This document shows, piece by piece, positions 25,936 through 40,469 of a stretch of 64,000 nt of DNA; position 1 is the first letter of the stretch; each line of letters starts with the position of its first letter. The stretch spans positions 67,270,001 to 67,334,000 of the forward strand of contig OZ024743.1 of assembly GCA_964016885.1 (NCBI GenBank), written 5' to 3'. The notes beneath the pieces were generated by a model, which was given only the letters and a program-made list of their open reading frames with translations, ran no database searches and was not told where the DNA came from. Position numbers and translations under genes: made by a program. The DNA comes from Eledone cirrhosa. Its lineage: Eukaryota.

Positions 25936-27234
25936 TAAATACTATTGCATGAATGGTCCCGTTACTCCTGATGTATTAGTAGAGGTACTGTATTTGCATA
26001 CGGCGTTTCTAGGCCATTTTAAAACCTGGTGGAGCGAAATATTTTACAGGTCTGAATACTGATGATTTCTTTCAGATAAGGGTAGAAAGTGAATCAAAGG
26101 ACGAATCTACCCCAGTACTAGACTACCTTTCATCTCTTCCAGTTCGATAAAAAAATTTACCAAAGTTGACCTTGGCAGGATCTGCGGTATACGTTCCCGC
26201 TTTCTGAGTTCAAAGCGAAATAGAAGTCATAAACGCTATTACCTATTACTATAATCCCCAACAATGCTAACTACTACAGCCACCATTCCTTAATACTATA
26301 AAACAAGCATATTATTGGTACGACTGCTCAGCCGGAGAGTCTCAGCGTGGTCTTTCACCCAGTTAGAAATAGCTGCTAAATTCTATTCAAATCAGCAGCG
26401 GTATTGTGTATAATACGTTGCAAAATTTGGTCTTGGATTTCCTGTGCAAAGGAAAATGACAGGATTGTCGCGGATGTCTTTGCTCAAAGGTTTTCTCCAC
26501 TATAGCTGACCTGAGGTTAATCAACAAATATAGCCATCGGCAATAATGGTTTCACATTTACGCATAATGCCAGTAATGTATAGCCGATTATACAAACCCC
26601 AGTACTTTGCCTTTCAGCGTTTCGTGGTCGATAAACCACCAACGTTGACCTCCATGGGATTTGAACTCGAAGAGCAGAGACCTCGAACAAATACCACAAA
26701 GCATTCTCTCTGATCTTTATTCGATACCTTGTATAGAATCAGTAGCTTTTCTAATTATTTTTATACTTGTTCTAAATCTTATTCTGTTCCTTCTTTCACT
26801 CACCTTCATTATCTCCCTGTCCTTAATTTACTCTCTAACGCCTCTCACCCAAGCTACCAGTATTTCTCTCTCACCTCTCTTTTTCTGAGGTGCCTTTCCC
26901 TTTGTTTAATATGTGGGTGGTGCCACGAGCCACGCCGATAGCAGACGCGCATACCGACGTGCCCACTGTCCATCCGGTAAAATATAAAAAAAAGTCTTAT
27001 CAATAAAGTAAGTGCCCAGCTCCTCTCGGGCATAAGTCCTCAACGCGCTTAGGGTCTTACCTTTTTCTTTTGAAAGAGAACAACATTAGCATTATATTTA
27101 ATTAATAGGTTATTGTACTAAAGATTTGATGCGTATCTCCGCACTGGGGGTGGGGGTGGGGGTCTAGAGCGTTCTACCGCTTGCCCAAATCGGACACTCG
27201 GACTAGCGGATGCGTCTTAACTCTCCCACCCAGA

Positions 27235-28550
27235 TTTATTTATCCAGCCGCTCACCAAGTTAGTCACGGTTAGTCGAAAACAAAAAAAGAAAAGAGTTTT
27301 GCAGACCCTCGCGCATTGTCGAGAAAAAAAAAATCCGAGCAATCACCCCCAACCCGGTAAGGGTTCCACCTGACCATCAGGGAGCCAGATGACAGGCAGT
27401 CACGGTGGGGGCACTCACGATCGTACCCAGAGACTCCCAGAGACTCTTGATCCAAGCTCCACGACACCGCCCGGAGCCCGTTTCAGCCACACTGACATAA
27501 AAGTCAATCCATCCTATCTCGATGCACTCTCGGAATCTTCCTTCAATCCAGCATATCCAACGTCGCTAACATTGCACGACGGCACAGAAGCCTCCTAAAG
27601 GAACCGTCAACGATCCCCTGAGCAGACATCGCCTCATCAGCCGCGTTTCACCAAGCCCCACATGCCCCGTTGTGAGAGCTGTGGACCTCGACTCTCCCAC
27701 CTGTTTCTTTCTCTAGTAGGGCAGTCAACGGACGGTACTTACGCAACTTTTCCGCCGTGGCGTCACTCAAGGCGCTGCCTTGCTTGTACCTTACCGTGAC
27801 GTCAAGTATCCCCGTAGTCCTCCATTTCTTCAATACCAGCTCCGGTATGAGCCTCGTTTCGTCCACAGGATAAGAGGGCTCCTAGCCTAACCTCCATCCG
27901 TGGCGCGTGCTCTCGTCCGCAATCAGTCGGCACAGCTGGTCGTGCCTGGCCAAGCGCTTTCTCTTCAAAAGAGGGCAGTGGCCACTGATGTGGGCGATTG
28001 TCTCCGCAGCCACCCTACATTGTCTGCAGGCATTCAATCCACCACGTCCCCTCGTCAGGCATTCCCGGATGGAGTACGTATTGGTTCGCAATTTAAGACA
28101 AATTAAAAAGCTTCCCGCAGAAACCGCACCCGGGCGAAACAGCCAATCGTTACCGATTCGGTCGTCTCGAAACGACCTCGCACATGCACCCTGGACGGGC
28201 TGAAAAGCCCACGTCTCTGCTTGTTCCCGGTGGAAACCAGGCGTGTACGTGGTTGTACCCGGCGGAATTGGCGGCGGACCGTAGCGTAAAACTATCTCAC
28301 TATTCCGCGTAGTGAGACCAGCAGACTCAGCCATAAGGCGTACTGCATCATATCTAGAGTCCAGCAGACAAAGATTCTTTCGAATCACAATGGCGGGTAT
28401 CATCATGGCCAGTTGGCAGAAATTTAACCCACCATCTCGTCTGCTACTATAGAGGAAGGAAACTGAGGTCGAATCCTGCAAATGCAGCATCCTACGGGCT
28501 CCCGCGCGAATAGCCGTGTCCAGCGCTTCAAGACTGCTCCGGACAGGCAA
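27235..28550 (-). mobile_element. 5'-truncated R2-like non-LTR retrotransposon (RT thumb, CCHC finger, restriction-like endonuclease, 3' UTR)
   Basis: [11 protein letters not shown]; LKLRTNTY; CRQC..ETIAHISGHC; RLARHD; RLIPELV..LDVTVRY..AEKLRKY; GACGAW. Motif order and spelling are typical of R2-clade RLE proteins. Stops and frameshifts are present, and the 3' boundary is approximate. Confidence 0.85.
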
Positions 28551-28681
28551 TACTCTATTTCAATAATTTTTTCTCTTTTCCCTCTATATACATAAATAAA
28601 TATTGCTAAATATAAAATTCTTTTCATCCTTTTCTCTTCTCTGTATTTGTCTGTCTCTCTTCCTCCTCCCCTCGCTCCAGT

Positions 28682-28797
<116 letters not shown>

Positions 28798-30339
28798 TCC
28801 ATCTGTATATACACATTTTACATGCTACAATCTCGTCTCTCTTATTCCTTCCTGTTTCTGTTTATCCACTACACTCAGTGGCCACCCAACATGTCTGGAC
28901 GGATAGACTGACAAATGGTGCCAAAATCAATTATTGGCACTATATGAAAAGGTTCAGCGATCCTCACAGACTAAATGGTAAATTATTCCAACATTCAGCG
29001 GGGTTCCTCTAGTTCACAGACATCATTGGTCCAAAAGTTGTCTATAGGTGGAAGCATAGTTCTTTGCTTAAGTAAGCACCAGGCATTGGGTTCAGTCCCA
29101 CTGCGTGACATTTGCGGTAACTATCTTGTACTACAACGTCCAGTTCACGAATGTTCGGTGATTGAAATTTTGTACACGGAATTTCCTGTACAGGATCTGT
29201 ATATAAGTATATATATATATATTTTCATATAAGAGGTTGACCAAGCAGGCTGTGTATACAACACCCCAACCAATAAATAATGATGCAATTAGATTCAAGC
29301 ACTCAAGGTTGTGTGTGTATCCTCCCAAATGCGATTTAGTAGTCAATGACGAAGTACACGTACAATAGTCATCGTTACAAAGGTCTGATGTAAAAATTCA
29401 TAGAAATATGTATCACGGCAGATTCTGGGTATAATTAATTGTGGCGTTCATGATTACGTAATTCGATATCACGCAACCACCAACAGGTCATCATCAGACA
29501 ACATCTTAGGTAATAAGGTTGTTATGTAGCATTCCCATTTCAAAATGTGCTGCAGATAAGTGAACAGATGGTAACATATTGCTTCTTCCGCAGCCTGTCA
29601 GGGCGTGAATGGGTTGAGTCGTTTGAACGGATAGAATCAAATCCCGCTGAGGTCAACTTTGGCATTTTTGTTATCGTCCTTGAATGGATGAAAGGCCATC
29701 TAGTACTGGGGTAGATTTTTCCTCTATATCTCTCTCACTTACCTTCCCCCTCTCCCCACCTTTCTCGGAGAAATCTGCTGTATTCAAACAGAGTATTGGG
29801 CTCCGCCAGGTTTTAAAAGGCCCAACACATCCTATATATCAATACGCCACCATCCTATGACTCCCTCCGGAGTTACAGGATTATGTATGCATAGAATAGT
29901 GGTTATAGTATTGAGTACTGGTATTTATAGTAAGCGAGGTGATAGTAGTTAGTGCTAGTAGGGAATATAGGTGGATCTAAGAGTGGGCAATGGTAGATAT
30001 TGTAGTGAATATTTATGATTATGGTACTTAACATAGTAGCTATATTATCGTTGGTGGTGGCGATGGTAGGATGGTAGTGGTGATGGTAGGATGGTGGTGG
30101 TGATGGTAGGATGGTAGTGGTGATGGTAGGATGGTAGTGGTGGTGGTGATGGTTAGATGGTAGTGGTGGTAGTGATGGTCGGTGGTGGTGGTAGTGATGG
30201 TCGGTGGTGGGGGTGATGGTGGTGATGGTGATGGTAGGATGGTAGTGGTGGTAGTGATGGTGATAGTCGGTGGTGGTAGTGATGGTGATGGTAGCGTTAG
30301 TGGGTAGTCGTGGTGGTGATTGTGGGCAGTAGTGGTGGT

Positions 30340-33300
30340 GATGTTAGGTTGTAATGGTGGTGTTGGTAGTGTTAGAGGTTGTAATGGTGGTGTTGGTAGA
30401 GTTAGAGGTTGTAATGGTGGTGTTGGTAATGGTGGTGTTGATAATGGTGGTGTTGATAATGGTGGTGTTGATAATGGTGGTGTTGATAGTGTTAGAGGTT
30501 GTAATGGTGGTGTTGGTAGTGGTGGTGATTGTGGGCAGCAGTGGTGGTGATTGTGGGCAGCAGTGGTGGTGATGTTAGAGGTTGTAATGGTGGTGTTGGT
30601 AGAGTTAGAGGTTGTAATGGTGGTGTTGGTAGTGGTGGTGATTGTGGGCAGCAGTGGTGGTGATGTTAGAAGTTGTAATGGTGGTGTTGGTAGAGTTAGA
30701 GGTTGTAATGGTGGTGTTGGTAGAGTTAGAGGTTGTAATGGTGGTGTTGGTAGTGTTAGAGGTTGTAATGGTGGTGTTGGTAGAGTTAGAGGTTGTAATG
30801 GTGGTGTTGGTAGAGTTAGAGGTTGTAATGGTGGTGTTGGTAGAGTTAGAGGTTGTAATGGTGGTGTTGGTAGTGTTAGAGGTTGTAATGGTGGTGTTGG
30901 TAGTGTTAGAGGTTGTAATGGTGGTGTTGGTAGTGTTAGAGGTTGTAATGGTGGTGTTGGTAGTGTTAGAGGTTGTAATGGTGGTGTTGGTAGTGTTAGA
31001 GGTTGTAATGGTGGTGTTGGTAGTGTTAGAGGTTGTAATGGTGGTGTTGGTAGTATTAGAGGTTGTAATGGTGGTGTTGGTAGTATTAGAGGTTGTAATG
31101 GTGGTGTTGGTAGTGTTAGAGGTTGTAATGGTGGTGTTGGTAGTGTTAGAGGTTGTAATGGTGGTGTTGGTAGTGTTAGAGGTTGTAATGGTGGTGTTGG
31201 TAGTATTAGAGGTTGTAATGGTGGTGTTGGTAGTGTTAGAGGTTGTAATGGTGGTGTTGGTAGTATTAGAGGTTGTAATGGTGGTGTTGGTAGTATTAGA
31301 GGTTGTAATGGTGGTGTTGGTAGTGTTAGAGGTTGTAATGGTGGTGTTGGTAGTATTAGAGGTTGTAATGGTGGTGTTGGTAGTGTTAGAGGTTGTAATG
31401 GTGGTGTTGGTAGTATTAGAGGTTGTAATGGTGGTGTTGGTAGTATTAGAGGTTGTAATGGTGGTGTTGGTAGTATTAGAGGTTGTAATGGTGGTGTTGG
31501 TAGTGTTAGAGGTTGTAATGGTGGTGTTGGTAGTATTAGAGGTTGTAATGGTGGTGTTGGTAGTGTTAGAGGTTGTAATGGTGGTGTTGGTAGTGTTAGA
31601 GGTTGTAATGGTGGTGTTGGTAGTGTTAGAGGTTGTAATGGTGGTGTTGGTAGTATTAGAGGTTGTAATGGTGGTGTTGGTAGTGTTAGAGGTTGTAATG
31701 GTGGTGTTGGTAGTATTAGAGGTTGTAATGGTGGTGTTGGTAGTATTAGAGGTTGTAATGGTGGTGTTGGTAGTATTAGAGGTTGTAATGGTGGTGTTGG
31801 TAGTGTTAGAGGTTGTAATGGTGGTGTTGGTAGTATTAGAGGTTGTAATGGTGGTGTTGGTAGTGTTAGAGGTTGTAATGGTGGTGTTGGTAGTGTTAGA
31901 GGTTGTAATGGTGGTGTTGGTAGTGTTAGAGGTTGTAATGGTGGTGTTGGTAGTATTAGAGGTTGTAATGGTGGTGTTGGTAGTGTTAGAGGTTGTAATG
32001 GTGGTGTTGGTAGTATTAGAGGTTGTAATGGTGGTGTTGGTAGTATTAGAGGTTGTAATGGTGGTGTTGGTAGTGTTAGAGGTTGTAATGGTGGTGTTGG
32101 TAGTATTAGAGGTTGTAATGGTGGTGTTGGTAGTGTTAGAGGTTGTAATGGTGGTGTTGGTAGTATTAGAGGTTGTAATGGTGGTGTTGGTAGTATTAGA
32201 GGTTGTAATGGTGGTGTTGGTAGTGTTAGAGGTTGTAATGGTGGTGTTGGTAGTATTAGAGGTTGTAATGGTGGTGTTGGTAGTGTTAGAGGTTGTAATG
32301 GTGGTGTTGGTAGTGTTAGAGGTTGTAATGGTGGTGTTGGTAGTGTTAGAGGTTGTAATGGTGGTGTTGGTAGTGTTAGAGGTTGTAATGGTGGTGTTGG
32401 TAGTGTTAGAGGTTGTAATTGTGGTGTTGGTAGAGTTAGAGGTTGTAATGGTGGTGTTGGTAGTATTAGAGGTTGTAATGGTGGTGTTGGTAGTGTTAGA
32501 GGTTGTAATGGTGGTGTTGGTAGTATTAGAGGTTGTAATGGTGGTGTTGGTAGTGTTAGAGGTTGTAATGGTGGTGTTGGTAGTGTTAGAGGTTGTAATG
32601 GTGGTGTTGGTAGTGTTAGAGGTTGTAATGGTGGTGTTGGTAGAGTTAGAGGTTGTAATGGTGGTGTTGGTAGTATTAGAGGTTGTAATGGTGGTGTTGG
32701 TAGTGGTGGTGTTGATAATGTTGGTGTTGATAATGGTGGTGTTGGTAGAGTTAGAGGTTGTAATGGTAGTGTTGGTAGTATTAGAGGTTGTAATGGTGGT
32801 GTTGGTAGAGTTAGAGGTTGTAATGGTGGTGTTGGTAGAGTTAGAGGTTGTAATGGTGGTGTTGGTAGAGTTAGAGGTTGTAATGGTGGTGTTGGTAGTA
32901 TTAGAGGTTGTAATGGTGGTGTTGGTAGTATCAGAGGTTGTAATGGTGGTGTTGGTAGTGGTGGTGTTGATAATGTTGGTGTTGATAATGGTGGTGTTGG
33001 TAGAGTTAGAGGTTGTAATGGTGGTGTTGATAGTGTTAGAGGTTGTAATGGTGGTGTTAGTAGTGTTAGAGGTTGTAATGGTGGTGTTGGTTATGTTAGA
33101 GGTTGTAATGGTGGTGTTGATAGTGTTAGAGGTTGTAATGGTGGTGTTGGTAGTGATGTTAGAGGTTGTAATGGTGGTGTTGGTAGTATTAGAGGTTGTA
33201 ATGGTGGTGTTGGTAGTATTAGAGGTTGTAATGGTGGTGTTGGTAGTGTTAGAGGTTGTAATGGTAGTGTTGGTAGAGTTAGAGGTTGTAATGGTGGTGT

Positions 33301-36300
33301 TGGTAGTGTTAGAGGTTGTAATGGTGGTGTTGGTAGTGTTAGAGGTTGTAATGGTGGTGTTGGTAGTGTTAGAGGTTGTAATGGTGGTGTTGGTAGTGAT
33401 GTTAGAGGTTGTAATGGTGGTGTTGGTAGTATTAGAGGTTGTAATGGTGGTGTTGGTAGTATTAGAGGTTGTAATGGTGGTGTTGGTAGTGTTAGAGGTT
33501 GTAATGGTAGTGTTGGTAGAGTTAGAGGTTGTAATGGTGGTGTTGGTAGTGTTAGAGGTTGTAATGGTGGTGTTGGTAGTGTTAGAGGTTGTAATGGTGG
33601 TGTTGGTAGTGTTAGAGGTTGTAATGGTAGTGTTGGTAGTGTTAGAGGTTGTAATGGTGGTGTTGGTAGTGTTAGAGGTTGTAATGGTGGTGTTGGTAGT
33701 GTTAGAGGTTGTAATGGTGGTGTTGGTAGTATTAGAGGTTGTAATGGTGGTGTTGGTAGTGTTAGAGGTTGTAATGGTAGTGTTGGTAGAGTTAGAGGTT
33801 GTAATGGTGGTGTTGGTAGTGTTAGAGGTTGTAATGGTGGTGTTGGTAGTGTTAGAGGTTGTAATGGTGGTGTTGGTAGTGTTAGAGGTTGTAATGGTGG
33901 TGTTGGTAGTGTTAGAGGTTGTAATGGTGGTGTTGGTAGTGTTAGAGGTTGTAATTGTGGTGTTGGTAGTGTTAGAGGTTGTAATTGTGGTGTTGGTAGT
34001 GTTAGAGGTTGTAATGGTGGTGTTGGTAGTATTAGAGGTTGTAATGGTAGTGTTGGTAGTATTAGAGGTTGTAATGGTGGTGTTGGTAGTGTTAGAGGTT
34101 GTAATGGTGGTGTTGGTAGTGTTAGAGGTTGTAATTGTGGTGTTGGTAGTGTTAGAGGTTGTAATGGTGGTGTTGGTAGTATTAGAGGTTGTAATGGTGG
34201 TGTTGGTAGTGTTAGAGGTTGTAATGGTAGTGTTGGTAGTGTTAGAGGTTGTAATGGTAGTGTTGGTAGTATTAGAGGTTGTAATGGTGGTGTTGGTAGT
34301 GTTAGAGGTTGTAATGGTGGTGTTGGTAGTATTAGAGGTTGTAATGGTAGTGTTGGTAGTGTTAGAGGTTGTAATGGTGGTGTTGGTAGTGTTAGAGGTT
34401 GTAATGGTGGTGTTGGTAGTGTTAGAGGTTGTAATTGTGGTGTTGGTAGTGTTAGAGGTTGTAATTGTGGTGTTGGTAGTATTAGAGGTTGTAATGGTGG
34501 TGTTGGTAGTATTAGAGGTTGTAATGGTGGTGTTGGTAGTATTAGAGGTTGTAATGGTGGTGTTGGTAGTGTTAGAGGTTGTAATTGTGGTGTTGGTAGT
34601 ATTAGAGGTTGTAATGGTGGTGTTGGTAGTATTAGAGGTTGTAATGGTGGTGTTGGTAGTGTTAGAGGTTGTAATGGTGGTGTTGGTAGTGTTAGAGGTT
34701 GTAATGGTGGTGTTGGTAGTGGTGGTGATTGTGGGCAGCAGTGGTGGTGATGTTAGAAGTTGTAATGGTGGTGTTGGTAGAGTTAGAGGTTGTAATGGTG
34801 GTGTTGGTAGTGTTAGAGGTTGTAATGGTGGTGTTGGTAGTGTTAGAGGTTGTAATTGTGGTGTTGGTAGTGTTAGAGGTTGTAATGGTGGTGTTGGTAG
34901 TGTTAGAGGTTGTAATGGTGGTGTTGGTAGAGTTAGAGGTTGTAATGGTGGTGTTGGTAGAGTTAGAGGTTGTAATGGTAGTGTTGGTAGTGTTAGAGGT
35001 TGTAATGGTGGTGTTGGTAGTGTTAGAGGTTGTAATGGTAGTGTTGGTAGAGTTAGAGGTTGTAATGGTGGTGTTGGTAGTGTTAGAGGTTGTAATGGTA
35101 GTGTTGGTAGTGTTAGAGGTTGTAATGGTGGTGTTGGTAGTGTTAGAGGTTGTAATGGTAGTGTTGGTAGTGTTAGAGGTTGTAATGGTGGTGTTGGTAG
35201 TGTTAGAGGTTGTAATGGTGGTGTTGGTAGTGTTAGAGGTTGTAATGGTGGTGTTGGTAGTGTTAGAGGTTGTAATGGTGGTGTTGGTAGTATTAGAGGT
35301 TGTAATTGTGGTGTTGGTAGAGTTAGAGGTTGTAATGGTAGTGTTGGTAGAGTTAGAGGTTGTAAGGGTGGTGTTGGTAGTGTTAGAGGTTGTAAGGGTG
35401 GTGTTGGTAGAGTTAGAGGTTGTAAGGGTGGTGTTGGTAGAGTTAGAGGTTGTAATGGTAGTGTTGGTAGTGTTAGAGGTTGTAATGGTGGTGTTGGTAG
35501 AGTTAGAGGTTGTAATGGTGGTGTTAGTAGTGTTAGAGGTTGTAATGGTGGTGTTGGTAGAGTTAGAGGTTGTAATGGTGGTGTTAGTAGTGTTAGAGGT
35601 TGTAATGGTGGTGTTGGTAGAGTTAGAGGTTGTAAGGGTGGTGTTGGTAGAGTTAGAGGTTGTAATGGTGGTGTTGGTAGAGTTAGAGGTTGTAATGGTG
35701 GTGTTAGTAGTGTTAGAGGTTGTAATGGTAGTGTTGGTAGAGTTAGAGGTTGTAATGGTGGTGTTGGTAGAGTTAGAGGTTGTAATGGTGGTGTTAGTAG
35801 TGTTAGAGGTTGTAATGGTGGTGTTGGTAGAGTTAGAGGTTGTAATGGTGGTGTTGGTAGAGTTAGAGGTTGTAATGGTGGTGTTGGTAGAGTTAGAGGT
35901 TGTAATGGTGGTGTTAGTAGTGTTAGAGGTTGTAATGGTAGTGTTGGTAGAGTTAGAGGTTGTAATGGTGGTGTTGGTAGAGTTAGAGGTTGTAATGGTG
36001 GTGTTGGTTATGTTAGAGGTTGTAATGGTAGTGTTGGTAGTGTTAGAGGTTGTAATGGTGGTGTTGGTAGTATTAGAGGTTGTAATGGTGGTGTTGGTAG
36101 TGTTAGAGGTTGTAATTGTGGTGTTAGGTTGTAATGGTAGTGTTGGTAGTGTTAGAGGTTGTAATGGTAGTGTTGGTAGAGTTAGAGGTTGTAATGGTGG
36201 TGTTGGTAGAGTTAGAGGTTGTAATGGTGGTGTTGGTTATGTTAGAGGTTGTAATGGTAGTGTTGGTAGTGTTAGAGGTTGTAATGGTAGTGTTGGTAGA

Positions 36301-37120
36301 GTTAGAGGTTGTAATGGTAGTGTTGGTAGAGTTAGAGGTTGTAATGGTGGTGTTGGTTATGTTAGAGGTTGTAATGGTGGTGTTGGTAGTGTTAGAGGTT
36401 GTAATGGTGGTGTTGGTAGTGTTAGAGGTTGTAATGGTGGTGTTGGTAGTGTTAGAGGTTGTAATGGTGGTGTTGGTAGTGTTAGAGGTTGTAATGGTGG
36501 TGTTGGTAGTGTTAGAGGTTGTAATTGTGGTGTTAGGTTGTAATGGTAGTGTTGGTAGTGTTAGAGGTTGTAATGGTGGTGTTGGTAGTGTTAGAGGTTG
36601 TAATGGTGGTGTTGGTAGTGTTAGAGGTTGTAATGGTGGTGTTGGTAGTGTTAGAGGTTGTAATGGTGGTGTTGGTAGTGTTAGAGGTTGTAATGGTGGT
36701 GTTGGTAGTGTTAGAGGTTGTAATTGTGGTGTTAGGTTGTAATGGTAGTGTTGGTAGTGTTAGAGGTTGTAATGGTGGTGTTGGTAGTGTTAGAGGTTGT
36801 AATGGTGGTGTTGGTAGTGTTAGAGGTTGTAATGGTGGTGTTGGTAGTGTTAGAGGTTGTAATGGTGGTGTTGGTAGTGTTAGAGGTTGTAATGGTGGTG
36901 TTGGTAGTATTAGAGGTTGTAATGGTGGTGTTGGTAGTGTTAGAGGTTGTAATGGTGGTGTTGGTAGTGTTAGAGGTTGTAATTGTGGTGTTAGAGGTTG
37001 TAATTGTGGTGTTGGTAGTGTTAGAGGTTGTAATTGTGGTGTTAGAGGTTGTAATTGTGGTGTTGGTAATGGTGGTGATTGGGGTAGTAGTAGTGGTGAC
37101 GTTAGTGTTAGAGGTTGATG
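30340..37120. repeat. 30-bp minisatellite array (GTTAGAGGTTGTAATGGTGGTGTTGGTAGT)n, about 6.8 kb and over 200 units
   Basis: Direct inspection. Highly homogeneous, with variant units clustered in blocks. Confidence 0.99.
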
Positions 37121-37329
37121 TAAGGGTGGTGTTGGAGATAGTCATAATACAAATGTTTGTGCTGTTTCTGGCTATATTATATCTAAATTAGCAATGTAAT
37201 TAGTCTAGCCACCCGTATGGAATCAGTATTAGCTAATAATTAGTGATAAAATTTCTCTCCCAAGAATAACGATAATCACTATGGATCTTTAGTGAGAGTC
37301 AGTTTGTATTTGTGTGTGTAAGCGCATAT

Positions 37330-37407
37330 CAATATACATACATGTATATATATATATATATATAAATATGAATATATATACGTATATATATATATACACA
37401 CACACAC

Positions 37408-37480
<73 letters not shown>

Positions 37481-37751
37481 CACACGTATATATATATATA
37501 GATACACGTATATATATATACACGTATATATATACACACACGTATATATATATACACGTATATATATACACACGTATATATATATATACACACGTATATA
37601 TATATACACACACGTATATATATATACACACACGTATATATATATACACACACGTGTATATATATATATATACACACACGTGTATATATATATATACACA
37701 CACGTGTATATATATATATACACACACGTGTATATATATATATACACACAC

Positions 37752-37790
<39 letters not shown>

Positions 37791-37805
37791 CGTATATATA
37801 CAGAC

Positions 37806-37860
<55 letters not shown>

Positions 37861-37895
37861 CGTATATATATATATACAGACGTATATATACAGAC

Positions 37896-37932
<37 letters not shown>

Positions 37933-38007
37933 CGTATATATATATATATATATATACACACACGTGTATATACAGACGTATATATATATATATATATACA
38001 CACACAC

Positions 38008-38044
<37 letters not shown>

Positions 38045-38049
38045 CAGAC

Positions 38050-38093
<44 letters not shown>

Positions 38094-38161
38094 GCGTATA
38101 TATATATATATATACACACACGTATATGTATATGTATATATATACACACACACACACACAC

Positions 38162-38199
<38 letters not shown>

Positions 38200-38247
38200 G
38201 TATATATATATACAGACACCTATATATATATATACACACCTATATAT

Positions 38248-38312
<65 letters not shown>
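37330..38312. repeat. Compound (TA)n(CA)nCG microsatellite/minisatellite
   Basis: Direct inspection. Confidence 0.97.
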
Positions 38313-38314
<2 letters not shown>

Positions 38315-40469
38315 GACCATCGCTGACACCAACAATTCGGTCAACGCCAACAAGCCAATAAAGAACAACGAAGTTTCCATCATATAATTATCAGAAAGGT
38401 TTGTTATTAAGAGAAAGTAGGTTTATTTGAACGAAAATATCGACGTAACTGTATCAGCAATATTGCTGAGCAAAGACTACCCATGGGAATGTTCAACACA
38501 CTACATACAGACATACAGTAGGTTTTCACTTTTGGACTATAGTATCAAACTAAGCGCTTGGAATTGTATATTTGTTGGAATAACGGATAGAAGGCTTTGC
38601 AATATTCGTGCCGCGTAATTTCAAATCCTGCCAAGATCAACTGTCTTTCATTCTCTCGAAATCAAAACAAATGTACCAATCTAGTACTATGGTCAATTCT
38701 TTCTCTAGCTAACTTTCTCACTTTTGGAATATAGTATAGTATAGTATAGTATAGTATTTGACAAAGCGCACGAAATGGTATATTTGTTGGAATAACGGAT
38801 AGAAGGCTTTGCAATATTCGTGCCGGCATTATAGTACAACAGTCTAGACTTCAAGAGAAATAAAAACTCAATTGTTTACCGCTAGATTTGAAATTAGATT
38901 TCAGTCTTGTACTGGGATTAATTCTTCCTCTAGATATCCACTTCTCTCTTTCACTCTTTAAACCAAGTCAATTTCATCCAGAGCAATAGACTTGGATATG
39001 GAACGTTTTCCATCAGGTTTAAATGTGTCTGATACTTGCAGTATGTCATGATGGTGACGCTACGACTACATCAGGAGTTACGGGTTTCACACATGGCTTA
39101 GTGGTTAGAACTACTATTTGATTCGCATGCTTTTTTCAAGAGTCCAGCTGTGCCTTTTCTCATATCGAAATCGTTTAACGAAACACGAGACAAATAGTGG
39201 AATAGATTTTTTCCTCTATTATTATTTCTTCCTTACTTTCTCTCCACCTATCTCATCATCCGGAAGAATTTAATTTTGTTCAGATCCTTGTTTCATTTAT
39301 GAAAATAATCACATATTTGGAAGAATTTTATAAAATAATATCAGCTTACTAATGGATGATTTGGTTAAGAATATTACTTAAATCTTTCCATAATTTTATC
39401 TAAGAAATATCTGATATAATTATAAATATTTCAAAATGAGCAGTTTGTATCATAAATGCAGATCGGCTCCAGGCAGCTTGGTATGTTGCGACCCCAGCAA
39501 CAGTTAGATTTTGATTGAGGTTTTAATTATATAGTTTTTTTGGTTACTATTCATTCATCCATGGGCATTTATGTTGTTGCTTAGCCCCACGTTTTCTTGG
39601 ATCAAGAAATCTCTAATCGAAAGAATATTGAAGCCATGACCGGCAGTCTATATTTTCACAGTAAAAGTTTACCTTGAACTGTGGCATTTCTTTTCTAAGA
39701 CAGCAGCCACATTTACATCAACTCACACCGCCTGCTATGTTAGAAGGTAGAACGTCGAGGCATTGCATAACTGAATTCACCAAAACACTCTATAAGTCCA
39801 ACGTAGCTTCCGTACAGAAGGACATACAGAGAAATAGGCAGGGGAAGACACATACATAGACAGAGTAGGATCTACTCTAGTATTTGTTTGGTAAACCATT
39901 TTATCGACGTCGAAAGGATAAAATGTAAAGTTGACCTCGGCAAGATTTGAACTCTAAATAGAGAGAACTGGAACAAGTACTAAAAGCATTCTATCTAACG
40001 CTCGAACGATTTTGCTAATTCTCCGCAGTTCCAATACTACTACTAATACTATTAGTACTACTACTACTATTACAAATGTCAGTAATCAAAAGAAAAATTT
40101 AATAAAGATCAAGAGAGTGGAAGTTATGTAAGAAGAAGAAAAAAGGAATGAAGGTGGAGAGAATGAAAGAAAATAATAAAAAAGCGGAAACAAATAAAAA
40201 AAGTAAAGAAAAAAAAAACAAGAAAAAATATGGCGAGTCGGAATATAAGTGGAAAAAGTAGTTTATGGTTATTAGATGAATAGAGGAAAATGATGTGGAT
40301 ATTAAATATAAACACATTGACAATAGAGAGAGGGGAGAGAGAGAGGGAAAGAGAGAGATTAAGAGTGGGCAAGTGGGGGTGATAGAGAGAAATACAGAGT
40401 AAGATATATGTATTTATTTACAGAGAGAGAGAGAAAGACAGATAGAGACACAGATACAGATACACCCAC

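Noticed and set aside
30551-36543. Long + strand ORFs (1399, 1830 and 604 aa) of GCNGGVGSVR or VVLVVLEVVM repeats
   Set aside because: They result from a 30-bp unit lacking stops in several frames. There are no non-repetitive domains and the frames swap at indels.
30340-37120. CRISPR-like or telomeric array
   Set aside because: No unique spacers or cas genes, the context is eukaryotic, and there are no (TTAGGG)n runs.
39120-39520. Possible minus-strand coding remnant (NLTVAGVATYQAAWSR)
   Set aside because: Short and stop-interrupted, with no recognisable family motif.
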